From positions 1-64,000 of IMG/VR virus record IMGVR_UViG_3300042450_000799: a DNA stretch of 64,000 nucleotides; one strand, 5' to 3'. Positions 1-9,628 of the stretch are shown here, one piece after another. This DNA is from a virus. The translations under genes and the position numbers were made by a program. Each line of letters starts with the position of its first letter. Within the stretch, counting starts at the first letter, position 1. The notes under the pieces are model-generated. The model worked only from the letters and a program-made list of their open reading frames with translations. It was not told the DNA's origin and did no database searches.

Positions 1-56
1 GCCACAACTTTTAAGTGAGGTAAAGCCTCACTTATTTTCATTTTACCAATTTCCAT
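1..56 (-). CDS. 5' part of a hypothetical protein (MEIGKMKISEALPHLKVV...), truncated by the window edge
   Basis: ATG at 56, 8 nt after the stop of the 65..274 ORF; open to the window start. Confidence 0.55.
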   Translation of the reverse strand, partial: MEIGKMKISEALPHLKVV

Positions 57-64
57 ATCGGAAT

Positions 65-274
65 TTAGAATAATTCAAATTCAACATTAACATGACCGCA
101 ATCACTACACTTATACGTTGGGAAGGGAACTAAAGTATCTTCACTACTACCCGTCATCAATTTAGAGACTTTTTTTATCAAAACAACTTCTTTGAAATAT
201 TTCGACTTACACTTTTCACATTCAACTGTTGGTTGTTTTTTTAAGTCAATTTTTGGTTTTAAAATATCTTCCAT
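65..274 (-). CDS. Small zinc-ribbon protein
   Basis: CEKC...CSDC Cys pairs; tightly packed with neighbouring genes. Confidence 0.75.
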   Translation of the reverse strand: MEDILKPKIDLKKQPTVECEKCKSKYFKEVVLIKKVSKLMTGSSEDTLVPFPTYKCSDCGHVNVEFELF

Positions 275-275
275 A

Positions 276-530
276 TTATTCTTTAATTAATTTTAGTTCA
301 TATTCTTCATCAAAAAGATCATCATCAATCATTTCTTGATTAAATTCAAATTCATTTACCAGCGAACCTTCCTCACTATCTTTAACCTCAAATTCATACA
401 TATGCTCATCTAAATATGAAATCGCTTCTTCATCAGACAATCCTTGAAGTTCGGGATAATCTTCTTTGTTGATCTCAATTGTGTCATAAAGTTCATAAAC
501 TTGATAAGTCTTAACCATTCTTAGTTTCAT
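276..530 (-). CDS. Acidic hypothetical protein
   Basis: 84-aa ORF, 1-nt gap to the next gene, very Glu/Asp-rich. Confidence 0.7.
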   Translation of the reverse strand: MKLRMVKTYQVYELYDTIEINKEDYPELQGLSDEEAISYLDEHMYEFEVKDSEEGSLVNEFEFNQEMIDDDLFDEEYELKLIKE

Positions 531-616
531 AATATATTATAATTAACGTTTATTTTTACCGTATCACTATCCCACGTGGAATTATTCCACCAATTAATTG
601 TTAAATAATTTGTCAT
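527..616 (-). CDS. 29-aa micro-protein MTNYLTINWWNNSTWDSDTVKINVNYNIL (not in ORF track)
   Basis: Its stop overlaps the next start (ATGA at 530-527); ATG lies 5 nt downstream of a TTGACA-17-TATATT promoter. Confidence 0.5.
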   Translation of the reverse strand: MTNYLTINWWNNSTWDSDTVKINVNYNIL

Positions 617-621
617 ACTAA

Positions 622-650
622 AATATAATTATTTGATTTTATTTTGTCAA
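622..650 (-). promoter_or_regulatory. Sigma70-type promoter TTGACA-N17-TATATT
   Basis: -35 at 650-645, -10 at 627-622, exact 17-nt spacer. Confidence 0.65.
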
Positions 651-658
651 ATATTTTT

Positions 659-1540
659 TTACTTTATATCAATAAAAGTTAAATGTTTTAAATATTTTGT
701 TATATCCATGTCTAATATGGTTTGTTGAATCTGTTTTGGTATTCTAAATTCTTCAAATGTTCCATCATCTTTAACTAACACAATGATACACCCGTAAACT
801 TTAATATTCTCATATTTAGATCCTCGTAACATCTTCAACAATAATTTACAATAAAACGGTAATTGTGTTGAGTAATGCCCAAGAGCTGTGTCGTCCAACT
901 TTTCAAAGGGGTATTTCATTTTTTTGGTGAAGTAGCTCGCCTCGAAGTTTTTTGGCTTATTTGTTTTATAATCTGTGCAAATAAGGCCAACTTCAGTTTT
1001 ATCTTTATTCTCAATTAACCACATCTTATCGGGAGCTCCAGTATATCCATACTCATCATCCCCCAGAATTAACTCCGTATCTAATAAGATCGCGCCCCTT
1101 TTTTTCATGGTTTCTAAAAAGTCAGTTCCAGCTGAAACCATAGAATCACTACGTAAAATCTGTTCAAAATCACATTCAAAAATTGGTTGTCTAACCTCTT
1201 TATCAATTCCAAATAGTTCGAGTGATATCTTCTCCAATAAATAGTGAGTTCGACTCCCCACATTTATCGAATAGTCCGCGGCCGCTTTCCATTCCGCTAA
1301 TAATTGTTCCTGCACTATTGGGTCACCTTTCGCTTTCTTAAATGAAATTCCTTTTGAATCGAACTTAGGATAAAATAAAGTCATAACTTTACTAACCGAC
1401 GGCCAATCACTCTTTAACTCTCCCTCCGCATTTTTCATTGTATAGGTGTGAGTATCTTCCACAAATGTAAGTTCAAGTTCTTGTCTCCTTTTTTCTAAAA
1501 TATCTAATATTTCAGTGGCAATATTTTTTAATTCTACCAT
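659..1540 (-). CDS. PD-(D/E)XK exonuclease (lambda-exo/YqaJ/Cas4-like superfamily); probable start MVELKN at 1540
   Basis: WPSVSKV N-terminal motif, GSRTH, E...GAPD...DYKT catalytic motif, QLxxY; follows primase with a 1-nt gap. Confidence 0.8.
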   Translation of the reverse strand: MVELKNIATEILDILEKRRQELELTFVEDTHTYTMKNAEGELKSDWPSVSKVMTLFYPKFDSKGISFKKAKGDPIVQEQLLAEWKAAADYSINVGSRTHYLLEKISLELFGIDKEVRQPIFECDFEQILRSDSMVSAGTDFLETMKKRGAILLDTELILGDDEYGYTGAPDKMWLIENKDKTEVGLICTDYKTNKPKNFEASYFTKKMKYPFEKLDDTALGHYSTQLPFYCKLLLKMLRGSKYENIKVYGCIIVLVKDDGTFEEFRIPKQIQQTILDMDITKYLKHLTFIDIK

Positions 1541-1541
1541 A

Positions 1542-2441
1542 TCATTTAATTTTATAAAAGTAATTACCGATGTCACCCCTTAAATCGGAAACATCCGCAT
1601 CACCAGTTAATTTTATCATTTTAATCTTACCATATAATCTCCCACCATTCAAATTATGATATAACTTAACCGAATCTTTGAAGGCATCGCTATCTAAACA
1701 AATAATAATATTACCATTAGCCTTCTCATATAATGTATTAAGTAACAAGTCCGACATATGTTTCCCCAACATAGCAATACTATTAGGTAGGAATATGGAA
1801 TCAAAAGCCCCCTCACAAAGATGAATGTCTTCATCCCAGTTAATCATATTCTCAAAGAAAATAATTTCATCTTTCGCCGATTCTGGGTTTTTATATTTAG
1901 ATCTAGTATTCGGATCCCAACTTCTAGCGATAAAATAGTTTAATTTGTTCTTACTATCATAAGATGGGATTATTATTCTACCAGAGAACGATCCCTTATC
2001 ACAAAACCCAATGCCAAACTTTTCTATGATTTCATCAGTTATACCTCTATTTTTCAAATAACTATACGCTTGTCGTCTAACTGGATATACAACACTAGAA
2101 TCTTTAAAGGTGATGAAACTTTCAGGTAACTTTAACTTAACAACCTTTTTTTCTTTTGGTTTTAATTCCTCGGGTTGTAAGATATTATAAACTTTCTTTT
2201 GTTTTTTATTCCCATACTTATCAATTAATTTTCCGAGAGTCCCATGAGTACCATTAATATCACCACAACTCCAACAATGAAACAAATGTTTTTCCAGCGA
2301 AACCTCTAAGTTACCTTTCCTATCGTCCAAACCACAGTCCGGACAATTGTACCCATATTGCAATTTTGAGTCGTACACTTTTTCAGGGTCACCCAAAATC
2401 TCACATAAAATATCTAAAAGTATTTCTTTATCATCTGACAT
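1542..2441 (-). CDS. DNA primase (DnaG-like: Zn finger + TOPRIM); probable start MSDDKE at 2441
   Basis: CPDC...HCWSC zinc finger, YLKNRGI, RIIIP, KYKN, CEGAFD and DSD TOPRIM motifs. Confidence 0.9.
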   Translation of the reverse strand: MSDDKEILLDILCEILGDPEKVYDSKLQYGYNCPDCGLDDRKGNLEVSLEKHLFHCWSCGDINGTHGTLGKLIDKYGNKKQKKVYNILQPEELKPKEKKVVKLKLPESFITFKDSSVVYPVRRQAYSYLKNRGITDEIIEKFGIGFCDKGSFSGRIIIPSYDSKNKLNYFIARSWDPNTRSKYKNPESAKDEIIFFENMINWDEDIHLCEGAFDSIFLPNSIAMLGKHMSDLLLNTLYEKANGNIIICLDSDAFKDSVKLYHNLNGGRLYGKIKMIKLTGDADVSDLRGDIGNYFYKIK

Positions 2442-2446
2442 AGATA

Positions 2447-2477
2447 CAAAGATAGTAATAAATATAATAGTAATCAA
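2447..2477 (-). promoter_or_regulatory. Promoter for primase: TTGATT-N17-TATCTTTG (fits both a sigma70 layout and the Bacteroidota TAnnTTTG element)
   Basis: TATCTTTG at 2454-2447, immediately upstream of ATG 2441. Confidence 0.45.
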
Positions 2478-2524
2478 TCTTCACAAGTTTTGTGGGTTCA
2501 TTATATTTATTTAAAAAGAATAAA

Positions 2525-2743
2525 ATGCCTACAGACATTACAATCAACAATATTACTGGATTAGCACCATTTGATATTTATTTATGTGATAACCCGATAA
2601 CAACATGTATCTATATTGACACAATCTCGTCAACACCATATATATTCGAAATCCCATCAATAATGTCAAGTCAAACTGATTTTAATTTAAAAATTGTTGA
2701 TGATAATAGTTGTACTATACTTGAAACCTTAAGTTTACCATGA
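2525..2743 (+). CDS. Small Cys-containing beta-rich protein, probable virion component; paralog of 4739..4969
   Basis: Start MPTDIT at 2525 after TATTTAT (2504-2510); shares ITG..P..(I/V)YxCD....C..I.TI...P...KI..D..C with 4739..4969. Confidence 0.7.
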   Translation: MPTDITINNITGLAPFDIYLCDNPITTCIYIDTISSTPYIFEIPSIMSSQTDFNLKIVDDNSCTILETLSLP

Positions 2744-4734
2744 AATGTAAAGCATATAGAATATATAATGGGGATCTTTCTGACCAAACACAAAGTTTCG
2801 ATAATTGCGATGGTTTAGCATGTGAGATTACTATCCCATCTGATGGTAATTACTTTATAACCGCAGATTCTGACACATTTGTCAATAACCCCCTATTAAC
2901 AATATTCGAATTTGAACCCATTCTCGCATATTCATTCAGTAGTTGTTGTGATGATCAAGTTTTTCATATTCTAGGTAACACTGGTATTTTTTCAGAATCC
3001 CCTGGAAAATCAATTTGTACCACAGAATTCATGAGCCCTTTGGATTGTGGTATATCTACATCCCCAACCAATGGATGTTATTCATTCATTAGTTCTACCA
3101 TACCCGAACTTGCTCTTGGGAGTCAAGTTTATTTAAACTATAATGGTTATTTTGAAGATGGTTGTGTCGAATGTCTTACTCTTTGTGTTCCTTGTTGTAG
3201 ATGTTACCAAGTTGAAGTTGAGGGTTTTGATGGATGTGTTTTAGGATATATTGATTGTGAAACAGGTCTTGAAGTTATTGAAACATTCATAGGTTCAAAT
3301 AATTATGTTTGTTCTCTTGGTGAACCATATGGTTCAGGTGTTTGTCTCAGCCCATTTACAATAACCGATTTAGGTTCATGCTCTTTAACAGAACAATGTA
3401 AGACTTGTTCTGAAACTTACTGTATAACTAATACGGGTAATCTTTATGACGATACATACAATTTAGACGCGGATTATGATGGGTATCAGTCTTGGATAAG
3501 TTCAACGGGTGACTATTACATTTATTATAATATAACTGATAAACAATGGTGTTTATCAAGTAGTTTAGGTGGAACATGTCTTTTATCAGGTAAGTCCCCA
3601 TGTTATTCAAAATGTCCTGACTTATGTGACGAATATTTCTTTGAAGGTACGTGTCCTACAACCACAACAACAACGGTTGCTTGCGTAACTTTTGATTTTG
3701 ACGCAATCTTTGATTGTATGACAGAAGTAACCCCTACACCAACACCCACACCAACTATCACACCAAGTATGACACCAACCCCAAGTTCAACAAGTTATTG
3801 TTCAATGGTTAGTGTTGATGCCACAATATCTGGTTACACTCCAACCCCAACACCAACCCCAACTATTACTCCAACATCCTCTCAAATAATAGTGAGACCT
3901 TGTAATGTATTAGGTGACGTTTCATTTACAACTCTTGAAGGTCACATTGGTTGTCCAAGTAGTAAACAATTTCAAGATTGTGTAACTGGTATGATGTATT
4001 ACACAACCGAACTAGTACCAACCCCTTCTGGTGATACATTGACCGAGTTTATGATTTTCAAAGCATATGTTGATGGAATTCTTAAATGTGTATCATTCGT
4101 TGGAATTAACGATGTTACCATTGGTGTTAATACAATTGATTTAGTAGAAGGCCCAACCGGATATTCAAACTTAGGTGAATGTGTTTTATGTGATGTTATA
4201 TCTAGCCCAACACCGACACCTACACCTACCATGACACCAACACCAAGTGGAATACCTTGTTTTTGTTATGAGATTATTTCTGAAACTGAAACAGCACGTG
4301 AATACGTTGATTGTAATGGGGTTTATTCAACAATATCAATCGATACACCTTTTACACCTTATTACGTTTGTTCATCAGCGCCATTAAACCACCCAGATAC
4401 AATAAACATGAGTATTACAAAACTTGAATTATGTTCTAATGGGATATGTCCTCCACTTGTTTGTAATTGTTATATCGTATCAAACGATTCAACCCAAGGC
4501 CCCGTGGGTCTTACTACCGCTAAAGACGTATCTACAGTAGCTGTAAATCTTGGTATTTATGTTACTTATTATGACTGTGATAATGTGGAACAAACTATTT
4601 ATATAAACCAAAAGGAAGAAACTCAACCATTCTGTTCATTAACAACACCATTTGTACATAGTCCTATTGACCCCACAATAATCCAAATTACCACAATTAC
4701 ATTACTTGGTGATTGTAATTCATGTTCACTGTGA
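2740..4734 (+). CDS. Cys-rich repeat protein with (PT)n and poly-Thr linkers, probable virion decoration/fibre protein
   Basis: 664 aa; four CxxY(x)n(Y/F)xxC modules; three TPTPTPT tracts; ATGA-coupled to the upstream gene. Confidence 0.7.
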   Translation: MKCKAYRIYNGDLSDQTQSFDNCDGLACEITIPSDGNYFITADSDTFVNNPLLTIFEFEPILAYSFSSCCDDQVFHILGNTGIFSESPGKSICTTEFMSPLDCGISTSPTNGCYSFISSTIPELALGSQVYLNYNGYFEDGCVECLTLCVPCCRCYQVEVEGFDGCVLGYIDCETGLEVIETFIGSNNYVCSLGEPYGSGVCLSPFTITDLGSCSLTEQCKTCSETYCITNTGNLYDDTYNLDADYDGYQSWISSTGDYYIYYNITDKQWCLSSSLGGTCLLSGKSPCYSKCPDLCDEYFFEGTCPTTTTTTVACVTFDFDAIFDCMTEVTPTPTPTPTITPSMTPTPSSTSYCSMVSVDATISGYTPTPTPTPTITPTSSQIIVRPCNVLGDVSFTTLEGHIGCPSSKQFQDCVTGMMYYTTELVPTPSGDTLTEFMIFKAYVDGILKCVSFVGINDVTIGVNTIDLVEGPTGYSNLGECVLCDVISSPTPTPTPTMTPTPSGIPCFCYEIISETETAREYVDCNGVYSTISIDTPFTPYYVCSSAPLNHPDTINMSITKLELCSNGICPPLVCNCYIVSNDSTQGPVGLTTAKDVSTVAVNLGIYVTYYDCDNVEQTIYINQKEETQPFCSLTTPFVHSPIDPTIIQITTITLLGDCNSCSL

Positions 4735-4738
4735 TAAA

Positions 4739-4969
4739 ATGACATCAATAGAATTAACATCCATAACTGGTAGTATAACAACACCTTATTTGGTTTACGC
4801 TTGTGACGTATACGGTAATAACTGCGCGTTAATCGCCACCATCACAACAACCATTCCACCAACAAACACAATTATTCTCCCAATACAATTTAACACCGCA
4901 CCCGCAGTTGGGATTAAAATAATTACTGATGATGGTTGTGAAAGATTCGAAGTCTTTAATTGTATTTAA
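4739..4969 (+). CDS. Small Cys-containing protein, paralog of 2525..2743 (probable start MTSIEL)
   Basis: Same ITG/YxCD/KI..D..C pattern; ATG 4 nt after the preceding stop. Confidence 0.7.
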   Translation: MTSIELTSITGSITTPYLVYACDVYGNNCALIATITTTIPPTNTIILPIQFNTAPAVGIKIITDDGCERFEVFNCI

Positions 4970-4985
4970 TCGTTGGATTAAACCA

Positions 4986-5588
4986 TTATTTCCATATACC
5001 TTCTTGATTCATAAACCCTAGAACACAACAATACGCGTCTGATTGATCAAAATTTTCTTTCTTAAGAGTGTTGTTTCTAGTATAACCCCAAACAATCTGA
5101 GGTTCTCTTTTTGCAACTAAATCCCAAATGACATGTTTCTTATCAATATCTCTCGGTAGACCACCAAATAAAACATATTTACCTTTATCATTTTGTTGAA
5201 CAAGTTCTGGAAACCCCAATTTTCTAGAATTATATGTTGAGATGTAATCAGGTACAATACCTAACACATCATATATTTGTTTTGTAATTAACGTATTAAA
5301 TCTTAATAGGGTTTGTATTGTATACACATTATTACTATTCATTAATGGTTCCTCAATAATAACCTTAGTTATCCCTAAATCTTTATAATCTAAAAGCTTA
5401 GTCTTAAAAATTTCACTCTTAAGAAGTAATTCCTTTATTTTGTTTTCTTCCTTTGGTTTAGGAACTGGTGAGATGTGAGTTAATTCAAGTAATTCTTGGT
5501 TCCCAATGTCAAATAACGCCCATCCAATAGTGCGAGTAGAAACATCTAATCCAAGGACTTTAGGACTTTCTTTAATAGATTTTTTCAT
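4986..5588 (-). CDS. RuvC-like Holliday junction resolvase
   Basis: LGLDVSTRTIGWA (RuvC motif I), IIEEP, DQSDA catalytic acidic motifs. Confidence 0.8.
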   Translation of the reverse strand: MKKSIKESPKVLGLDVSTRTIGWALFDIGNQELLELTHISPVPKPKEENKIKELLLKSEIFKTKLLDYKDLGITKVIIEEPLMNSNNVYTIQTLLRFNTLITKQIYDVLGIVPDYISTYNSRKLGFPELVQQNDKGKYVLFGGLPRDIDKKHVIWDLVAKREPQIVWGYTRNNTLKKENFDQSDAYCCVLGFMNQEGIWK

Positions 5589-5591
5589 ATG

Positions 5592-8156
5592 TTAAATATC
5601 GAATTTAATCAAAAACTGCTGTATGCCCTGTCTTAAAACGGGAGATTGCATTTTTGATATAATCATAAGATTCTTTTTGTCATCGTAAAGACCTATTTCA
5701 CTAACGTAAGATGCGTTACCTTTAGTCCATGTAGGATTTGATGGTACCTGGAATTCGGCTTGTCCTAAATTAATTTTATATTTCATCTCATAGATTGTTG
5801 CTTGGATATCAGTTTCTAATGATCCGTAGAAATAATATTCATCCCCAAAGTTTAAAGATTGTCCAGTTTCACCAACAGGTGTTAATGGGATATAATTATT
5901 TAAATTATAATTAGGAGCATCATCATACTCTTGTTGTGTAATAACAAACGTATTCCCCGTTAATCCATCTTGTGTAATATAACCATTAACCATTGTTGAA
6001 GCTAATTGACTTGTGAAATCAATTGACACCCAATCAGAGGAGTTAGGTCTCGCATTACCCACAACTTTTTGACAAAGAATCTCAAACTTATTAGCCAAGA
6101 ACCCTTGAGTTGCGTCACAGTATATCGGACATATCGATGTTGTGGTTGTTGTTACAGGATTATACGTTGTTTCCATTGTCGTAGTTAGAAAATGGCTAGT
6201 TGTTGTAGTGGTAGTCGGATAATGACTTGTTGTCGTCGTTGTAATTGGATAAAAAGATTGATTTAAACATCCAAACTCACCACCAAATCTAACCGCAACA
6301 TTCTGAGATGTAATCGGACTACAATCAATATTAGGCCCTTGAATTAAAGAGTAATAATTACAATGTAAAGAATCTGTAAATAAATCAGTATTGCTTAATC
6401 TATACGTTACATATAAAGATTCTGTTAACCCTGTTAATATACCAGTAACTGTCAAACTATCGTTCCCACAAGTATTAGGAGTTATTAATGATATTTTAGG
6501 AGATGGTAATGTCCAATTTCTATTTGATTTGTAAGACATTGCGGCTATGATTTCCTCATCATCAATAATAACCAACTTATCATCAGGAAATACTTTACCA
6601 ACTCTATTAGGAATCCCATCAATATTCGCATTTGTGTCCCATAAATGGTAGTATCTCATACCCGGGTTATTCATGTCAACATTCTTAGTTGATTGAAGGT
6701 GATTAACTTGAAAAAGATTTAAGTCTTCGAATCCTGGAGGGTCTACCCAAAATGTTTGTCCATTACAACAATCAGGATTTTTATGCCACATTAACCAAGG
6801 AATATGTACTTTAAAGTTTCTAGCTTCACCAGTTGTGTCAGCAGGGTTTGATGGGTCAAATGGTTCCAACGCAAATTTTTCACCATAAAAGAAATCTACA
6901 GTTTGATTTGTATAATGAATAATCCCAATCGCCTTTTGTTGTTCAGGTTTTACTGTAATTTTATCCCCAAAAGAGTTAAAATAATAAACAGAACTACTAT
7001 CAGTTTGCCCACTACTAGATGCGTATCCAAAGTATTCTTTTGCCCCTAAATAAGCGACAGAACCAAAATTAGTATAATCTTTACTGATTGATGATATTAA
7101 TCCAGCCGGATTTTCTGACCACGGAATATTCATATTCCATATCTTAACATCAAACTCGTCGGTATAACAAACAGATTCGAAATTAATAACATTATCATTC
7201 CAATGACGACTAGGTGTAATACTGTCATACATTGTTGTCATATTTGGTGGGTAAATAATTACTCTACCATAACAAACATTTGTTAAGTTTAAGAAGTTAG
7301 GTGTTGGTCTATCTAAAGTTATCACACCTAAACAAATATTAACAATCCTATATGTTAACATCGAATAACAACTACTCATATCTACCAAACAATCTGGCGG
7401 TGGAGGTAGTGGACATTCTCTACTCGGTGTAGGTGTTAAACAAGGTGTTTTAGAGGGCATTGGTGTTGGTGTTGGAGATTCACATGGAACTGAGTTAGTG
7501 GATGTTGGTGTTGGAGTTGGTGTTGTACCATATGACGCAGTAACTGAAGGTGTTACAGAAATAGTCGGGGTTGGACTTGGGGTTGGAATGTTTGAACAAT
7601 AACAATCTTCCATACCTTTACCATCATAATAAATGGTGATAATGTCTCCAATAGCCGGTTCTCTAACTGAATCAGGATTACTAGGATTACTTATAAGTGT
7701 AATACTATTTGTTCCACCCAAAGAATTCATCTGAACAACATAATTTGCATTAATTGCGTAAAAATTATTAGTTAACGCGCTCCAACTAATTGTACTGTTA
7801 GTTGTATCACCAGTGAAGAATCCTCTCATAACAGCTCTATTGTAAACAGGACTTATTTGAGAATCCATAAATGGAATTCCGTATGTGTTACCAACCACCC
7901 CATCAACATAGTAAGGATATTTTACGTTACTCTTATTTGATTGTGGAATCCCACTTGAATTTTGAGCATTAAAACTCGGTTCTAATATTACAGTATCAAA
8001 TTGATTATAACTTGTCGGTAAAGTATTATACGAAACCTCACTATCCCCGATTTGGAAATAGGAAATGTTAAAATTCCCTTGTGACAATTTTTCTCGTCCT
8101 ACGTCAGTCAATCTTGTATTAACTAACCCTGCAGTATTTTTTATTATAAACGCCAT
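5592..8156 (-). CDS. Virion structural protein (baseplate/fibre-attachment type) with PT- and Thr-rich inserts
   Basis: N-terminal LTDVGREKLSQG...ISYFQIGDSE and C-terminal SEIGLYD...ISK...PV motifs typical of fibre/baseplate-attachment domains; lies in the structural cluster. Confidence 0.65.
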   Translation of the reverse strand: MAFIIKNTAGLVNTRLTDVGREKLSQGNFNISYFQIGDSEVSYNTLPTSYNQFDTVILEPSFNAQNSSGIPQSNKSNVKYPYYVDGVVGNTYGIPFMDSQISPVYNRAVMRGFFTGDTTNSTISWSALTNNFYAINANYVVQMNSLGGTNSITLISNPSNPDSVREPAIGDIITIYYDGKGMEDCYCSNIPTPSPTPTISVTPSVTASYGTTPTPTPTSTNSVPCESPTPTPMPSKTPCLTPTPSRECPLPPPPDCLVDMSSCYSMLTYRIVNICLGVITLDRPTPNFLNLTNVCYGRVIIYPPNMTTMYDSITPSRHWNDNVINFESVCYTDEFDVKIWNMNIPWSENPAGLISSISKDYTNFGSVAYLGAKEYFGYASSSGQTDSSSVYYFNSFGDKITVKPEQQKAIGIIHYTNQTVDFFYGEKFALEPFDPSNPADTTGEARNFKVHIPWLMWHKNPDCCNGQTFWVDPPGFEDLNLFQVNHLQSTKNVDMNNPGMRYYHLWDTNANIDGIPNRVGKVFPDDKLVIIDDEEIIAAMSYKSNRNWTLPSPKISLITPNTCGNDSLTVTGILTGLTESLYVTYRLSNTDLFTDSLHCNYYSLIQGPNIDCSPITSQNVAVRFGGEFGCLNQSFYPITTTTTSHYPTTTTTTSHFLTTTMETTYNPVTTTTTSICPIYCDATQGFLANKFEILCQKVVGNARPNSSDWVSIDFTSQLASTMVNGYITQDGLTGNTFVITQQEYDDAPNYNLNNYIPLTPVGETGQSLNFGDEYYFYGSLETDIQATIYEMKYKINLGQAEFQVPSNPTWTKGNASYVSEIGLYDDKKNLMIISKMQSPVLRQGIQQFLIKFDI

Positions 8157-8182
8157 TGACTATAAATATGTATATTTCTTTT

Positions 8183-9613
8183 TTATGTTGCTATTACCGT
8201 ACAACAATTACAACCCGATAATTTTAAATTTGTTATTGAGTATTTTTCATCACTTGTTCCGATATAGCAATTAATTGATTCGTTTTTTGTTACGGAAGTT
8301 ATTGTTGTTAACACTAAAATATCCGTATTAATTATTGTAAATTGATCCCATATTTCACCATTTGAAGTAATATAAACCGTATTTGACTGACACCCAGGGA
8401 CTATACTTGAGGTTTCGGAACTACCAGTTACCTCTCCACTAGGTTTAAAACTTCCCCCATTTAATACTAAGTCACTATTACTTTCAGAAATAGACGATTC
8501 AGAATTTGGTGAAGATTTCGATGTGTTTAAATGGTTTAAATCAAACGTTAATAAAACACCATCAGGTAATGGTGGGAATATCTTAATAGTTGTTTCGTAT
8601 TGTTTTGTTACACTATTATTAGATCTTTCAATAATTTTTGATGTCGTATTTAACCCAACATTATACGTTGTAGGTTTAGACGGTGAATTAATAATAACAC
8701 TTAAACTATTAGTGATTTCATTACTATCCATGGTAATAACACGATAAGTACCAGAACACAAATTATTAAAAATTGGAATATTTTTATAAGTTAATCCTGA
8801 GTTAATAGAATAAGTATATGGAGGTGACCCGCCATTTGCATTAATTGTAATACCACCATCACACCCACAGATTGTTTGATTTTTGGTCACATTCATTGTT
8901 AATGGTGTTATTACTTCATCAACTTTAAATTTACCCAATAATGGGGATTGTCCTGGAAAAGACGTACAATTACCTTCATTAACCATTGCACTACCAGACG
9001 CCCCGATAATTAACCATCCACCATAAACAGGAGGATATGTTGGATTCAAATTTGATATTACATATAATGTTGGTGTTGCTGCCGATACCAACCACTGTGA
9101 TTGGGATGAGTCCCAAATTATTGATTGTAGACTATCATCAGAAACCCAAGTTGGTTTCCCATCATACATTCCATTTGGATTAAAATGTATTTGTTCAACA
9201 ACTATGTTATCACCTATAAGTATTTCTGTGGTCATACACATCTCATATTCATTCGGATATGGTGAAGTGGTACTCGTACTTGTGGTAGTTGTGGTTGGAG
9301 TTATCCCAGTTAAAACACAAACAGTATTTGCAGTAAAATCACCATAATAATCTGTAACTGTCGACCCATATGATCCGGCACTCAAACCATAGATAATTGG
9401 CCCAACGCCCCCGTTTGACCAAGTAACAACATAAGGTGGAGTACCCCCCGTTATAATTAAAGAAGCAATTCCATCTGTCGAATCCGGTTGTGTTGGATGA
9501 GAGACATTACAATCAACACCCATTTGAAATAATGTTATAACATTACATTCATTAATCCCTGTTGGTATACAAGACGTTTCTCCAGTAATTTGATATGGGG
9601 GTTTATTACTCAT
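8183..9613 (-). CDS. SprB-repeat adhesin-like virion protein
   Basis: DGxxxxxITGGTPPYxxxWS...GLSAGxYxxTVTD and GGSPPYTYS repeats; TPTTTTTSTSTTSP linker. Confidence 0.75.
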   Translation of the reverse strand: MSNKPPYQITGETSCIPTGINECNVITLFQMGVDCNVSHPTQPDSTDGIASLIITGGTPPYVVTWSNGGVGPIIYGLSAGSYGSTVTDYYGDFTANTVCVLTGITPTTTTTSTSTTSPYPNEYEMCMTTEILIGDNIVVEQIHFNPNGMYDGKPTWVSDDSLQSIIWDSSQSQWLVSAATPTLYVISNLNPTYPPVYGGWLIIGASGSAMVNEGNCTSFPGQSPLLGKFKVDEVITPLTMNVTKNQTICGCDGGITINANGGSPPYTYSINSGLTYKNIPIFNNLCSGTYRVITMDSNEITNSLSVIINSPSKPTTYNVGLNTTSKIIERSNNSVTKQYETTIKIFPPLPDGVLLTFDLNHLNTSKSSPNSESSISESNSDLVLNGGSFKPSGEVTGSSETSSIVPGCQSNTVYITSNGEIWDQFTIINTDILVLTTITSVTKNESINCYIGTSDEKYSITNLKLSGCNCCTVIAT

Positions 9614-9628
9614 TTATGATAAATACAT

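Noticed and set aside
12-34. 9-bp inverted repeat TAAGTGAGG-TAAAG-CCTCACTTA
   Set aside because: Lies within a coding region at the window edge; no evidence for function can be drawn here.
659-1540. Cas4 / CRISPR adaptation gene
   Set aside because: PD-(D/E)XK motif is present but the Cas4 four-Cys Fe-S pattern is not, and the context is primase/replication.
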